Below, piece after piece: positions 36,499 to 45,383 of a stretch of 64,000 bases of DNA. The notes under the pieces are model-generated. The model was given only the letters and a program-made list of their open reading frames with translations. It had not been told where the DNA came from and did no database searches. The stretch's first letter is position 1. The number at the start of each line of letters is the position of its first letter. This DNA is from Dehalococcoidia bacterium (lineage in GTDB: Bacteria > Chloroflexota > Dehalococcoidia > UBA2979), in assembly GCA_965237865.1 (NCBI GenBank), contig OZ250164.1, positions 2,440,142-2,504,141 on the forward strand. The letters run 5' to 3'. The position numbers and the translations under genes were made by a program.

Positions 36499-38079
36499 AT
36501 GGCCTACCGGGAGGTGCATTGCGTGGAGATCAGGGAAGTCATCCGCCGCTGGCAGGCGGGACTCAGCCAGCGCCGGATCGCTGGCGGCACGGGAGTGTCG
36601 CGGCCGACGGTGCGGCGCTACATCGAGGCGGCGGAGGCGGCCGGGCTTGAGCCCGGCGGTCCCGAGCCGAGTGAGGAGCAGCTCGCCCGCCTGGCGACGC
36701 TGAGCCGGACCGGGCCGCGGCAGGCGGAGGCGCCGAGCGAGCAGCTGCTGGCGCCGTGGGCGGAGCAGATCGAGGGCTGGCTGACGGCCGAGCGCCTGCA
36801 GGTGACGCGGGTCCAGGAGCTGCTGGCCGAGCGCGGCTGCGAGGTCTCGTACAGCTCGCTGCGGCGCTTCATCCGGCGCCGCGGCTGGCGCCAGCGGCAG
36901 CCTGTGACCGTGCGCATGGAGGACGGGCCGCCGGGCGAGGTCGCCGAGATGGACTTCGGCCGGCTCGGCCTGGTCACGGATCCCGAGAGCGGCCGCCGGC
37001 GCACGGTGTGGGCGCTGATCGTGGTCTGGCGCTACTCGCGGCACTGCTTCGTCTGGCCCACCACCAGCCAGCAGCTGGGGGCGGTGATCGAGGGCCTGGA
37101 GGCGGCCTGGGCCTGTTTCGGGGGCGTGCCCCGCTACCTCGTCATCGATAACTTCCCGGCCGCCGTGGCCGGGGCCGACGCGCTGCACCCGCGCTTCACG
37201 CGGGGCTTCCTGGAGTACGCCCGCCACCGCGGCTTCATCAGCGACCCCGCACGCGTGCGCCGGCCCCGCGACAAGCCGCGCGTCGAGCGCAGCGTCCCGT
37301 ACGTGCGCGAGCGCTTCTTCAAGGGTGCCCAGTTCCGGGACCTCGCCGAGATGCGCTCCGTCGCCCGGCGCTGGTGCCTGGAGGTGGCGGGGCAGCGCAT
37401 CCACGGCACGACCCGCAGGCGCCCGCTCGAGGTCTTCCAGGAGGAGGAGCGCCCGCTGCTCGCCCCGTGGGACGGGGAACCGTACGAGCTGCCCGACTGG
37501 CGTACGGCGACGGTCCACGCAGACCACCACGTCGCCTGCCAGTACGCACTCTATTCGGTGCCGTCGGAGCTCTGCCCGCCGGGGCAGAAGGTGGAGGTGC
37601 AACTCGGCGCGAAGCTGGTGCGCATCTACCACCGCGGCGCGCTGCTCAAGGTCCATCCGCGCCAGCAGCGCGGCGGCCGGGCCACCGACCCGAACGACTA
37701 CCCGGCAGAGCTCAGCCCCTACACGCGGCGTGCGCCCGAGCAGATCCAGCGGCGCGCGGCCGAGCTGGGCGAGGCCGTGGGCAGCTACGCCGAGCGGCTC
37801 TTCGAGGGACCCCTGCCCTGGGCGAAGCTCCGGCAGGGCCACAAGCTGCTGCGGCTCGCGGAGCGCTACTCCCCCGCCCGCCTCGATGCCGCCTGCCTGC
37901 GGGCGCTCGAGGTCGAGCTGATCGACGTGCGCCGGCTCGAGCGCATCCTCGTCGAGGCCCTCGAGCAGGAGACCACCCCGCAGCAGCCGCCCGGGCCCCC
38001 GCCGCCGGGCCGCTTCGCCCGCCCCGGCGCCGTCTTCGCACTGACCGCCACGCAGACCACGACAGGAGCGTCACGATGA
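36499..38079 (+). CDS. istA: IS21 family transposase IstA
   Basis: N-terminal HTH, DDE integrase core (...VWALIVVWRYSRHCFVW...), 526 aa. Stop overlaps the istB start (ATGA). Confidence 0.9.
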   Translation: MAYREVHCVEIREVIRRWQAGLSQRRIAGGTGVSRPTVRRYIEAAEAAGLEPGGPEPSEEQLARLATLSRTGPRQAEAPSEQLLAPWAEQIEGWLTAERLQVTRVQELLAERGCEVSYSSLRRFIRRRGWRQRQPVTVRMEDGPPGEVAEMDFGRLGLVTDPESGRRRTVWALIVVWRYSRHCFVWPTTSQQLGAVIEGLEAAWACFGGVPRYLVIDNFPAAVAGADALHPRFTRGFLEYARHRGFISDPARVRRPRDKPRVERSVPYVRERFFKGAQFRDLAEMRSVARRWCLEVAGQRIHGTTRRRPLEVFQEEERPLLAPWDGEPYELPDWRTATVHADHHVACQYALYSVPSELCPPGQKVEVQLGAKLVRIYHRGALLKVHPRQQRGGRATDPNDYPAELSPYTRRAPEQIQRRAAELGEAVGSYAERLFEGPLPWAKLRQGHKLLRLAERYSPARLDAACLRALEVELIDVRRLERILVEALEQETTPQQPPGPPPPGRFARPGAVFALTATQTTTGASR

Positions 38080-38849
38080 CCGCCACGACCGCCGAACTCC
38101 GACCGCTGCTCAAGCGCCTCAAGCTGGGCCCGATGCTCGACACCCTGCCCGAGCGCATCGCTCTCGCGAGGCGCGACGGGCTCGACTACGCCGACTTCCT
38201 GCAGATCGTCCTCGCCGGCGAGGTGAGCCGCCGCGACCACGGGCGGCTGGAACTGCGCCTCCGCCAGGCCGGCTTCGAGCAGCTCTGCAGGCTCGAGGAC
38301 TTCGACTGGTCGGCACAGGTCCGCCTCGACCGCAGGCTGCTCGACGCCGCCTGCTCGCTGCGCTTCCTCGACCGCCGCGAGCACGTCCTGCTCGTCGGCC
38401 CCGTCGGCGTCGGCAAGAGCTTCCTCGCCCAGGCGCTCGGCTACGCCGCCGTCCGCTCCGGGCACAGCGTCCGCTTCGTGACTGCCGACCAGTACTTCCG
38501 CGAGCTGGCGCAGGCCCGGGCCGACCACTCCACCGAGAAGACGTTCCGCGCCTTCCTCGCCCCCGACCTGCTGATCCTCGACGACCTCGGGCTCCACCGG
38601 CTCAGCGCACAGCAGTCGATCGACCTCTACGAGCTGGTCATCGGCCGCCACCGCAGCTCCAGCTTCGTCATCACCTCCAACCGCGCCGTCGAGGAGTGGC
38701 TCGGCCTCTTCGACGACCCGATCCTCGGCAACAGCGCCCTCGACCGGCTCGCCAACGCCAGCTACCAGATCGTGATCGAGGGCGAGAGCTACCGCCAGCG
38801 ACTCTCGCCGCACCGCGCCCTGCTCGAGCGGCCGCAAGGAGGTGATTGA
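38076..38849 (+). CDS. istB: IS21 family ATP-binding helper IstB
   Basis: Walker A GPVGVGKS, Walker B LLILDDLG, 257 aa. Confidence 0.9.
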   Translation: MTATTAELRPLLKRLKLGPMLDTLPERIALARRDGLDYADFLQIVLAGEVSRRDHGRLELRLRQAGFEQLCRLEDFDWSAQVRLDRRLLDAACSLRFLDRREHVLLVGPVGVGKSFLAQALGYAAVRSGHSVRFVTADQYFRELAQARADHSTEKTFRAFLAPDLLILDDLGLHRLSAQQSIDLYELVIGRHRSSSFVITSNRAVEEWLGLFDDPILGNSALDRLANASYQIVIEGESYRQRLSPHRALLERPQGGD

Positions 38850-38948
38850 CGACACAGACAGGCACTGATATCAAGCCGCGTACCGGCTGCCCAGGGTGGT
38901 CAAATGACTCTGGCGACGACTGGTAAGAAGACCCTGGCGATCGACACA

Positions 38949-39789
38949 GGGGATGTCGAGCCCCAGTACCTTCGCCTGCCACCAGTTGGGATTGCGCTTC
39001 AGCGTGTAGCCGGTGTCCGCGTCCGCGGATTCGAGGATGAACGGCCCGTAGCCGATCATCGTGTTCGCGGGATCGAACGAGCCGCCCGGCCGCGACTCCA
39101 CCGGCATCATGGTGATCGTGAAGATGTCGGCGAGGCGGTTCATGAAGCTCGCCTGCGGCCCGATCATGTTGATCACGAAGCTGCTGGCGTCGACCGCGTC
39201 CCAGTCGCCGATCGCCGCCGCGAACTGGCCGCGCTCCGGCGCGGGCTCGAGGCCGTCGAGGCCCTGGTGGTGGTTGAACGAGTACAGGATGTCGCCGGAG
39301 TCCATCGGACGGTTGATCGGCTCGGTGATCATCGCGTCGGGCCGGATGTGGAACGTGTACTTCAGGCCGTCGGGCTGGATCTCCCAGCTGTCCGCGAGGT
39401 CGGGCTGCACACCGAGCACCGGCTGGTTCGCGAACGTCGAGCCGACCACGCCCACCAGGCCGCCGTAGACCCCCGCTGAGAGCGCCTTGGTCGTGGGGTC
39501 GCGGGTCGTCATCGGATCCAGCGAGGCCAGAGGGCGGCTCAGCGTTTCACGGAAGATCCCGCCCCGCTTGCCGTCGAGGCGAGCCGTCGGCTCCAGCCGG
39601 ACGGGCGATCGCTGCTCGAAGCTGCGGCCTGCCTCAGGCGTTGCTGCCGCAGGCGTTGCTGCCGCAGGCGTTGCTGCCGATGAGCGCTGCGGCAGTGAGT
39701 CCCACGGCTCCCAGCGCCGCTCCACGGAGCAGCCCCCTCCTGCCGATCCAGTCGAGGCCGAGGCGGGTCGCGTCTTCGTTTTGGGTCAT
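38949..39789 (-). pseudogene. family-5 ABC substrate-binding protein gene, 5' part (Tat-type signal peptide then frameshift at 15-bp tandem repeat; interrupted by IS21)
   Basis: MTQNEDATRLGLDWIGRRGLLRGAALGAVGLTAAALIGSNACGSNACGSNA* sits in one frame. The SBP body (GGIFRETLSRPLASLDP...KRNPNWWQAKVLGLDIP) is in another frame and runs into the IS21 end at 38948. Confidence 0.6.
39636..39680. repeat. 3 x 15-bp perfect tandem repeat (aggcgttgctgccgc) in the SBP signal-peptide region
   Basis: Seen directly. Encodes GSNAC x3 in one frame and AATPA x3 in the other. Confidence 0.8.
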
Positions 39790-39979
39790 GGTCCTCCACT
39801 CGCTTGGCCGAAGGTTCGCGTGACTCCACAACGCCGGAAGTCCAGTGGCTACGCGCTCGGCCACAGGACGGAATTGGCCGCGCAGCGGCGTTGGGCAGCC
39901 TGCCACCAGCCGCGGATCAGTCATGCGCAGGTCGTCCGCTCGCAACGCTATCTTTGTCTCCACGCACTGCGCTGCCTTC

Positions 39980-39995
39980 TTGACTCGACGGGCGG
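39980..39995 (+). promoter_or_regulatory. 16-bp motif TTGACTCGACGGGCGG (copy 1) 47 bp upstream of the secreted-protein gene; identical copy at 42700-42715
   Basis: Exact 16-mer shared by two promoter regions. Begins with a -35-like TTGACT. Confidence 0.4.
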
Positions 39996-40041
39996 ATGCT
40001 GCATCACTAGGCTGACCTGGAGTCGAGACAGGGAGATCCGG

Positions 40042-42678
40042 ATGGGCAACCGAACGCACATCAGCACGGGGATCCGGATCGGAACGCGAGCACTGGCGAT
40101 GGCCTGCGCTGCCATCGTGCTGATCGCCGCGGTGCTGGTACTGGACGCGCCCCGTCCCGCCCGTGCGCAGACGGCGCCGGACTGCGAGGTCATCGACCTC
40201 GGCGCCCTCACCGAGGGGGACGGCGGACTGCATGCGAGCGGGCGCTGGACGACCGAGGACTGCGACTCGCGCTTCCGCATCGACAGCGATGCGCATAGCT
40301 ACCGCTTCCAGCTCGCCGAGGGTGATCGGATCAGAATCGACCTGGTCTCCGACGACGCTGATTCCTACCTCTACCTGCTGGCTGAGGATGAGAGCCGCAT
40401 CACCGACAACGACGACGGCGGCGCCGACCTCGACGCACGCATCGAGCGCGACCTGGCAGCGGGCACCTACGTCGTCGAAGCCACTACGGTCGGCGGACGC
40501 GGACGCGGTCCGGCGGACTTCACGCTGTCCATCACCCACGTCGCCGGTTGCGAGCCGGTCCATCTGGGCACACTCGATCCGGGCGTCGATCTGACTGCAT
40601 CCGGCACCTGGACGATCGACACTTGCGGCTCATTCGTCGTCGCGGAACACCCCGCCTACGCCTACTCCTTCACCCTGCCGCAGAGCGGTCGTGTGCTCAT
40701 CGACCTGATATCGGCAGACGGCGACCCAGTGCTCTCGCTGGCGACGTCCGACGGGCGTTTTATCGGCGCCAACGACGACGGTGGCGGCATTCGCAACGCC
40801 CGCATCGAGCAATACCTGGCGGCGGGTACCTACCTGCTCGAGGCGACAACGTATCTGCAGCGTGACCTCCAGCCTCTGACGGCTGACTTCGACCTCGTGG
40901 TCCACCTGGTGGACGAGGAGGCGAGGCAGCACCGCTTCCAGCTCAAGATCGAGGAGACCCACGTCCCCGACCAGGTGATCGCGGGCGTGCCCTTCGCCGT
41001 TCACTACCGGGCCGGCAATCCGGGCGGCGGCGACCTGGGGGACGTCGGCGGCAGGGTCGTGCTATACGCAGTAGCGCCCCGTGTGTTCGAGCGGACCCCC
41101 TCGATCGCCGCAACGTCTGAACGGTGGCAGGCCGGCGTCTCCTACCACTCCGGCGCCCAGACGGCGAGCGCGACAAGTGTCGCGACCGTCGAGGTAACGC
41201 CGCTTACGGTCACACTCAACGAACCCGGCCCTTCGTGGGTGTTCGTCGCGATCATCGCGTTCGACGAAACGGGCGAGGAGATCGCATTCCACGGCATCTG
41301 GCGGAACCTGATGGTCCTCAGCGGCCCGGCCTTCGATCCGCTCACGGTGAACGTCGACGGCGCGGGCTACACCGTCGCTGCCGAGGCGGACGACGAGGGC
41401 TGGGTCGCGTTCTCAGTCGCCTCCGTCGCCGACCCGGACGCCGAAGTCGACGTGTCGCCGTACGTGAGGGCGATCTACACCGCGGGCGTGCAGACGCAGC
41501 TGCTCGACGGCATCTTCGAGCGACCGGCGATCGCCGCGCTCGGCCAACTGCCCGAGGCGGTCATGGATGCCATGACAGCGGGGGTGGCGGACCTCTCTTC
41601 GGAAACCCTGCTCGCGGCGGTCGGGCGCCACTACGCCGACGCGGTCGCCGCATCCGGGCTCGGCGAGGCGTTCGCCGGGGGCGAGCTGGTCTCGCCGGCG
41701 GCGGTCGAGGCGCTGACGCTCAGCGCTGCGGAGTCAGCGGCTGCCGAGTACGCACCGCTGGCCGCCTCCTGGATTGCGCTCCAGGCGCGGATCGACGGCG
41801 GCGAGGCGCTCTCCTTCGAGGACGCGTTCGGCGTCCACACCGATCTCGCCTATGCCGAGGCCGTGCTCTCGCCGGCCGCGATGGCCGGAGCGATCGTGAG
41901 CGCGGAACGCGCCGCCGCTGGGGACGGGTCGGCTCCCGCCGTCCAGAGGATGGTCTCGGACCTCCAGGAACGGGCCTCCTGCAGCGCCGGCCCGGCCGAG
42001 CTGCGCGCCGCCCTCGAGGCGGCTGGCGCCGCGGACGTGGACGCGCTGCTCGCTCTCCACTTCGAGCTGCGCTACGCGCTGCCGGTCCACGGTCAGGCGA
42101 CAGACGCCGCGCTCTGCGCCGCACTGGACTCCAACATCGAGGTCGCGCGGTTCATGCGCCTTCTGGCGATCGACCGCAGCGAGGTACACCAGCTGCTCGT
42201 GCCACCGCTTGCGCCGGCGCCGGAGCCGGAGCCGCCGATGGCCCCGGCCACGCACCGGCTGTGGATCACGGTCCGGCTCGCTGACGACGGCCGGCTCGAG
42301 CACGGCGTGCTACTCGCCGACGGCCGGCTGGTCCTCCCGAGGAAGCGGTTCCTGGATATCGACGCCGAGGTCGACCGCTGGAAGATCAGCACCATGATCG
42401 AGGCGGAGGACGGGCAAGCCATCGGGCGGATCCGCGCGCGACGCCTGGCCGATGGCCGCGTCGAGCTGGGCTTCCGCGACGCCAATGGCATCGCGATCGC
42501 GCCCGACATCCTCTACGTACCGGCCGAGCTGCCGCCGGGCCTCTGGCTGCGGAGCAGTCAGATCGTCGCGCCGGCGCCGGCCAGGGTACCGGGGGCAGAG
42601 CCGGAGCCGGAGACCGCGCCGGAACAAGAGACGGAATCGCCGGACTTGCCGTCCGCCGGCGGAGGTGGAGCGCAGTAA
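40042..42678 (+). CDS. large secreted protein with two tandem N-terminal PPC-like (pre-peptidase C-terminal) domains
   Basis: ATG 40042 after a GGGAGA RBS. Signal/TM peptide RALAMACAAIVLIAAVLVLDAPRPARAQ. Two ~125-aa repeats (CEVIDLGAL...AGTYVVEATT / CEPVHLGTL...AGTYLLEATT). Ala-rich C-terminal region. Function unknown. Confidence 0.65.
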   Translation: MGNRTHISTGIRIGTRALAMACAAIVLIAAVLVLDAPRPARAQTAPDCEVIDLGALTEGDGGLHASGRWTTEDCDSRFRIDSDAHSYRFQLAEGDRIRIDLVSDDADSYLYLLAEDESRITDNDDGGADLDARIERDLAAGTYVVEATTVGGRGRGPADFTLSITHVAGCEPVHLGTLDPGVDLTASGTWTIDTCGSFVVAEHPAYAYSFTLPQSGRVLIDLISADGDPVLSLATSDGRFIGANDDGGGIRNARIEQYLAAGTYLLEATTYLQRDLQPLTADFDLVVHLVDEEARQHRFQLKIEETHVPDQVIAGVPFAVHYRAGNPGGGDLGDVGGRVVLYAVAPRVFERTPSIAATSERWQAGVSYHSGAQTASATSVATVEVTPLTVTLNEPGPSWVFVAIIAFDETGEEIAFHGIWRNLMVLSGPAFDPLTVNVDGAGYTVAAEADDEGWVAFSVASVADPDAEVDVSPYVRAIYTAGVQTQLLDGIFERPAIAALGQLPEAVMDAMTAGVADLSSETLLAAVGRHYADAVAASGLGEAFAGGELVSPAAVEALTLSAAESAAAEYAPLAASWIALQARIDGGEALSFEDAFGVHTDLAYAEAVLSPAAMAGAIVSAERAAAGDGSAPAVQRMVSDLQERASCSAGPAELRAALEAAGAADVDALLALHFELRYALPVHGQATDAALCAALDSNIEVARFMRLLAIDRSEVHQLLVPPLAPAPEPEPPMAPATHRLWITVRLADDGRLEHGVLLADGRLVLPRKRFLDIDAEVDRWKISTMIEAEDGQAIGRIRARRLADGRVELGFRDANGIAIAPDILYVPAELPPGLWLRSSQIVAPAPARVPGAEPEPETAPEQETESPDLPSAGGGGAQ

Positions 42679-42699
42679 GGGCAGACGAGCCTCCACGCT

Positions 42700-42715
42700 T
42701 TGACTCGACGGGCGG
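42700..42715 (+). promoter_or_regulatory. 16-bp motif TTGACTCGACGGGCGG (copy 2) 80 bp upstream of the crotonase gene
   Basis: Identical to 39980-39995. A TAGCGT -10-like hexamer sits 17 bp downstream of TTGACT. Confidence 0.4.
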
Positions 42716-42794
42716 GGCGGCGTAGCGTTGCGCAGCGCCCGCGCAGGGCGGGAGCACGACGGAACGCACGAGCACACGCAAGGAGACTGCACGC

Positions 42795-43586
42795 ATGGCC
42801 GTACTCGAAACCCGTATGGAGGGCTACACATTTGTGATGACCCTCAACCGGCCCGAGTCGATGAACGCCTTCAACTCAGAGCTGATCGCCGCAGTCGGCG
42901 AAGCCTGGGTGCAGGTGCGCGAGGATTCCAACATCCGCAGCGTGATCATGACCGGCGCCGGCGACCGCGCCTTCAGCGCGGGCGCTGACCTGAAGCAGAT
43001 GGCGCAGCGCAACGCCGCCGCTGGCGGCGCGCCTCCGCGCAACACCTTCTGGGACCAGGCCTCCCCGCAGCTCTACCGCGGCCTCGAGCTGTGGAAGCCG
43101 ATCATCGCCGCGGTCAACGGCTTCGCCCTCGGCGGCGGCTGCGAGACCGCGATGGCCTGCGACATCCGCATCGCCTCGGAGAACGCCTCGTTCGGCCTCC
43201 CCGAGGTCGCCCGCGGCATCATCCCCGGGGCCGGCGGCACGCAGCGCATCCCGCGCCTCGTGCCCTTCGGGGTGGCGCTCGAGCTGCTGATGACCGGCCG
43301 CCGCATCCCGGCGGCGGAGGCCCACCGCATCGGCCTCGTCAACCACGTGGTCCCGGCCGACCAGTTGATGGACAAGGCGCTCGAGATCGCCGCCGAGATC
43401 GGCGCTAACGCCCCGCTGGCCGTCATGGCGGCGAAGGAAGCGGCCTACCGCGGCCTCAACACCACGCTGCAGGAGGGTCTGCGCATCGAGAACTTCGAGT
43501 CGCAGGCGATCCGCCACACGGACGACGCCAAGGAGGGCCCGCGCGCCTTCGCCGAGAAGCGCGAGGCCAACTACCAGGGCCGCTAA
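42795..43586 (+). CDS. enoyl-CoA hydratase/isomerase (crotonase family)
   Basis: AFSAGADLKQ, AAVNGFALGGGCETAMACDIRIAS, 263 aa. Confidence 0.85.
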   Translation: MAVLETRMEGYTFVMTLNRPESMNAFNSELIAAVGEAWVQVREDSNIRSVIMTGAGDRAFSAGADLKQMAQRNAAAGGAPPRNTFWDQASPQLYRGLELWKPIIAAVNGFALGGGCETAMACDIRIASENASFGLPEVARGIIPGAGGTQRIPRLVPFGVALELLMTGRRIPAAEAHRIGLVNHVVPADQLMDKALEIAAEIGANAPLAVMAAKEAAYRGLNTTLQEGLRIENFESQAIRHTDDAKEGPRAFAEKREANYQGR

Positions 43587-43614
43587 CGCCCTCGACTCCC
43601 AGGCCGAGCACGAT

Positions 43615-43645
43615 GGGGCCGCCCGCATGGGCGGCCCCGTTGCTG
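43615..43645 (+). terminator. GC-rich hairpin (10-bp perfect stem GGGGCCGCCC / GGGCGGCCCC, 4-nt loop) downstream of the crotonase gene; putative intrinsic terminator
   Basis: Seen directly 29 nt after the stop. Followed by GTTGCTGTC; the U-tract is weak, as is common in high-GC genomes. Confidence 0.35.
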
Positions 43646-43759
43646 TCAGCGGGCGGGACGTTCGCGGAACTCGGGAGGAATGCGGACGCTGCGCGCTTCG
43701 GCTCGGTGGCGCACACCGGGAGCGGAGACGACGCGAGCGCGCTCGGCCTAATCCCTTTC

Positions 43760-44080
43760 GTGGGGAGCGGAGGGGTCGAGGGTGAGGGCTTACCTGGGCG
43801 CGAGGAGGGGTCGGGAGCAGCGAGAGACGCCCACCGGTCCAGGCGGGGGCGTGGGGGCTCCGCCCCCACATGGAAGAAAGAATCCGGGGCGGGTGGGTGG
43901 GCCGAGCGGCGCGCAGCGCACGCTCCTCCGAGATGGGGGGGGTGCGGGGGCCGCACCCCCCAGACAGACGCACAATCGCTCTCGAAGGCTCCTTGCCACC
44001 CGGAGGTATGGCGTGCCCCTCACCCCCGCCCTCTCCCCCGGGAGAGGGCGCCGGACCGCCCTCGAACGGGAGTTTCGCGA
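43760..44080 (-). repeat. dispersed mosaic repeat element, copy F (reverse orientation, core 43843-43972)
   Basis: Reverse complement of the core: ...CCCCCATCTCGGAGGAGCGTGCGCTGCGCGCCGCTCGGCCCACCCACCCGCCCCGGATTCTTTCTTCCATGTGGGGGCGGAGCCCCCAC. Plus a CTCTCCCCCGGGAGAG hairpin. Confidence 0.85.
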
Positions 44081-44165
44081 ACGTCTCCTCAGGGGGCGGC
44101 GGCGCGGCCCGCGCGGCGCGGTCGCGTATCATGCGGCGGGTGCTCGCAGGCGCGGGCCCGCAGCC

Positions 44166-45383
44166 ATGGAGTGTGCGCGCGTGAAGTTCTACTTCTTCCA
44201 CCTCATGCCCTACCGCCACCTGCCGGACGACTTCCGCGACGCCCACCACAGCGTCTGGGTCGACATCCCCTCCAACCTGCTCGACCCGCGGAAGACGGGC
44301 GAGCTCTACGACGAGTACATGGACGAGCTCGTGCTCGCCTCGACGCTGGGCTACGACGGGGTGTGCGTGAACGAGCACCATCAGAACGGCTACGGGCTGA
44401 TGCCCTCGCCGAACATCATCGCCGCCGCGCTCGCGCGCCAGACGAAGGACGTCGCGATCGTCCTGCTCGGCGACAGCATCGCGCTCTACAACCCGCCGAC
44501 CCGCGTCGCCGAGGAGATCGCGATGCTGGACTGCATGAGCGGGGGCCGCATCGTCGCGGGCTTCCCCGTCGGCACGAGCATGGACACGAACTACTGCTAC
44601 GGGCAGAACCCGGTGACGCTGCGCGAGAAGTACCGCGAGGCGGAGCAGCTGATCACGCGCGCCTGGGCGGAGCCGGAGCCGTTCGCCTTCAATGGGCGCT
44701 ACACGCAGCTGCGTTACGTCAACGTCTGGCCGCGGCCGATCCAGGAGCCGCGCCCGCCGATCTGGATTCCCGGCGGCGGCTCCGTCGAGACCTGGGACTG
44801 GGTCTGCCAGCGCGGGCACATGTACGCCGCGCTCTCCTTCTCCGGCTTCAAACGCTCCCAGAAGACCTTCGAGGAGTTCTGGCCCGTCGTCGATTCCTAC
44901 GATCTGCCGCGCAATCCCTACCGCGCGGGCATCATCCAGTTCATCGGCGTCGGCGACAGCGAGGAACACGCCGAGGAGCTCTACGCGGAGCACCTCGAGT
45001 GGTTCTACAACAAGACGCAGCACATCTACGGCGGCTTCATCGACGCGCCCGGCTACCGCACCGAGAATACGATCGCGGGCGGCTTCACCACCGAGTACAC
45101 GGACGTGCGCATCACCGAACGCAAGTGGGCGCAGCTGGTCGACGAGGGCGTGATCATCCACGGGACGCCCAGGCAGGTGACCGAGAAGCTCGAGTGGCTG
45201 ATCAAGGAGATCAACCTCGGCGCGATCATGGTGATGGCGCACTTCGGCTCGATGCCGCGTGACACCGCCGAGTACAACATGACGCGGATCGCGCGGGAGG
45301 TGCTCCCCAACCTGCGGCACATCCACTCCGAATGGGAAGACGAGTGGTACCCGCAGCACGCGCGGAGAGCCCCCGGTGCCTGA
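44166..45383 (+). CDS. LLM class flavin-dependent oxidoreductase (luciferase-like monooxygenase)
   Basis: VKFYFFHLMPY... N-terminus and TIM-barrel LLM signatures. Start is ATG 44166 or GTG 44181. Confidence 0.8.
   Translation: MECARVKFYFFHLMPYRHLPDDFRDAHHSVWVDIPSNLLDPRKTGELYDEYMDELVLASTLGYDGVCVNEHHQNGYGLMPSPNIIAAALARQTKDVAIVLLGDSIALYNPPTRVAEEIAMLDCMSGGRIVAGFPVGTSMDTNYCYGQNPVTLREKYREAEQLITRAWAEPEPFAFNGRYTQLRYVNVWPRPIQEPRPPIWIPGGGSVETWDWVCQRGHMYAALSFSGFKRSQKTFEEFWPVVDSYDLPRNPYRAGIIQFIGVGDSEEHAEELYAEHLEWFYNKTQHIYGGFIDAPGYRTENTIAGGFTTEYTDVRITERKWAQLVDEGVIIHGTPRQVTEKLEWLIKEINLGAIMVMAHFGSMPRDTAEYNMTRIAREVLPNLRHIHSEWEDEWYPQHARRAPGA

Larger units (their letters stand above)
36364..38948 (+). mobile_element. 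IS21-family insertion sequence (istA-istB) with multiple terminal repeats
   Basis: Left end TGTGAATCGCCAGGATCTATTTACCACC plus two further CGCCAGGGTCT(T/A)TTGACCAC repeats. Right end ...GGTGGTCAAATGACTCTGGCG...GGTAAGAAGACCCTGGCGATCGACACA (inverted). Interrupts the SBP gene. Confidence 0.85.

Noticed and set aside
36290-36703. 137-aa ORF at the IS21 left end
   Set aside because: It spans the IS terminal repeats and the istA start and has no protein-like composition. istA begins at 36499 with a clear HTH.
39487-40041. N-terminal extension of the 1063-aa ORF upstream of the secreted-protein start
   Set aside because: The extension overlaps the divergent SBP promoter and start region and lacks coding character. 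A good RBS and ATG at 40042 are followed immediately by a signal peptide.
2912-44080. Possibility that the repeated GC-rich palindromes form a CRISPR array
   Set aside because: Copies are dispersed tens of kb apart, 300-450 bp long, mosaic and not separated by unique spacers of regular length. No cas genes present.
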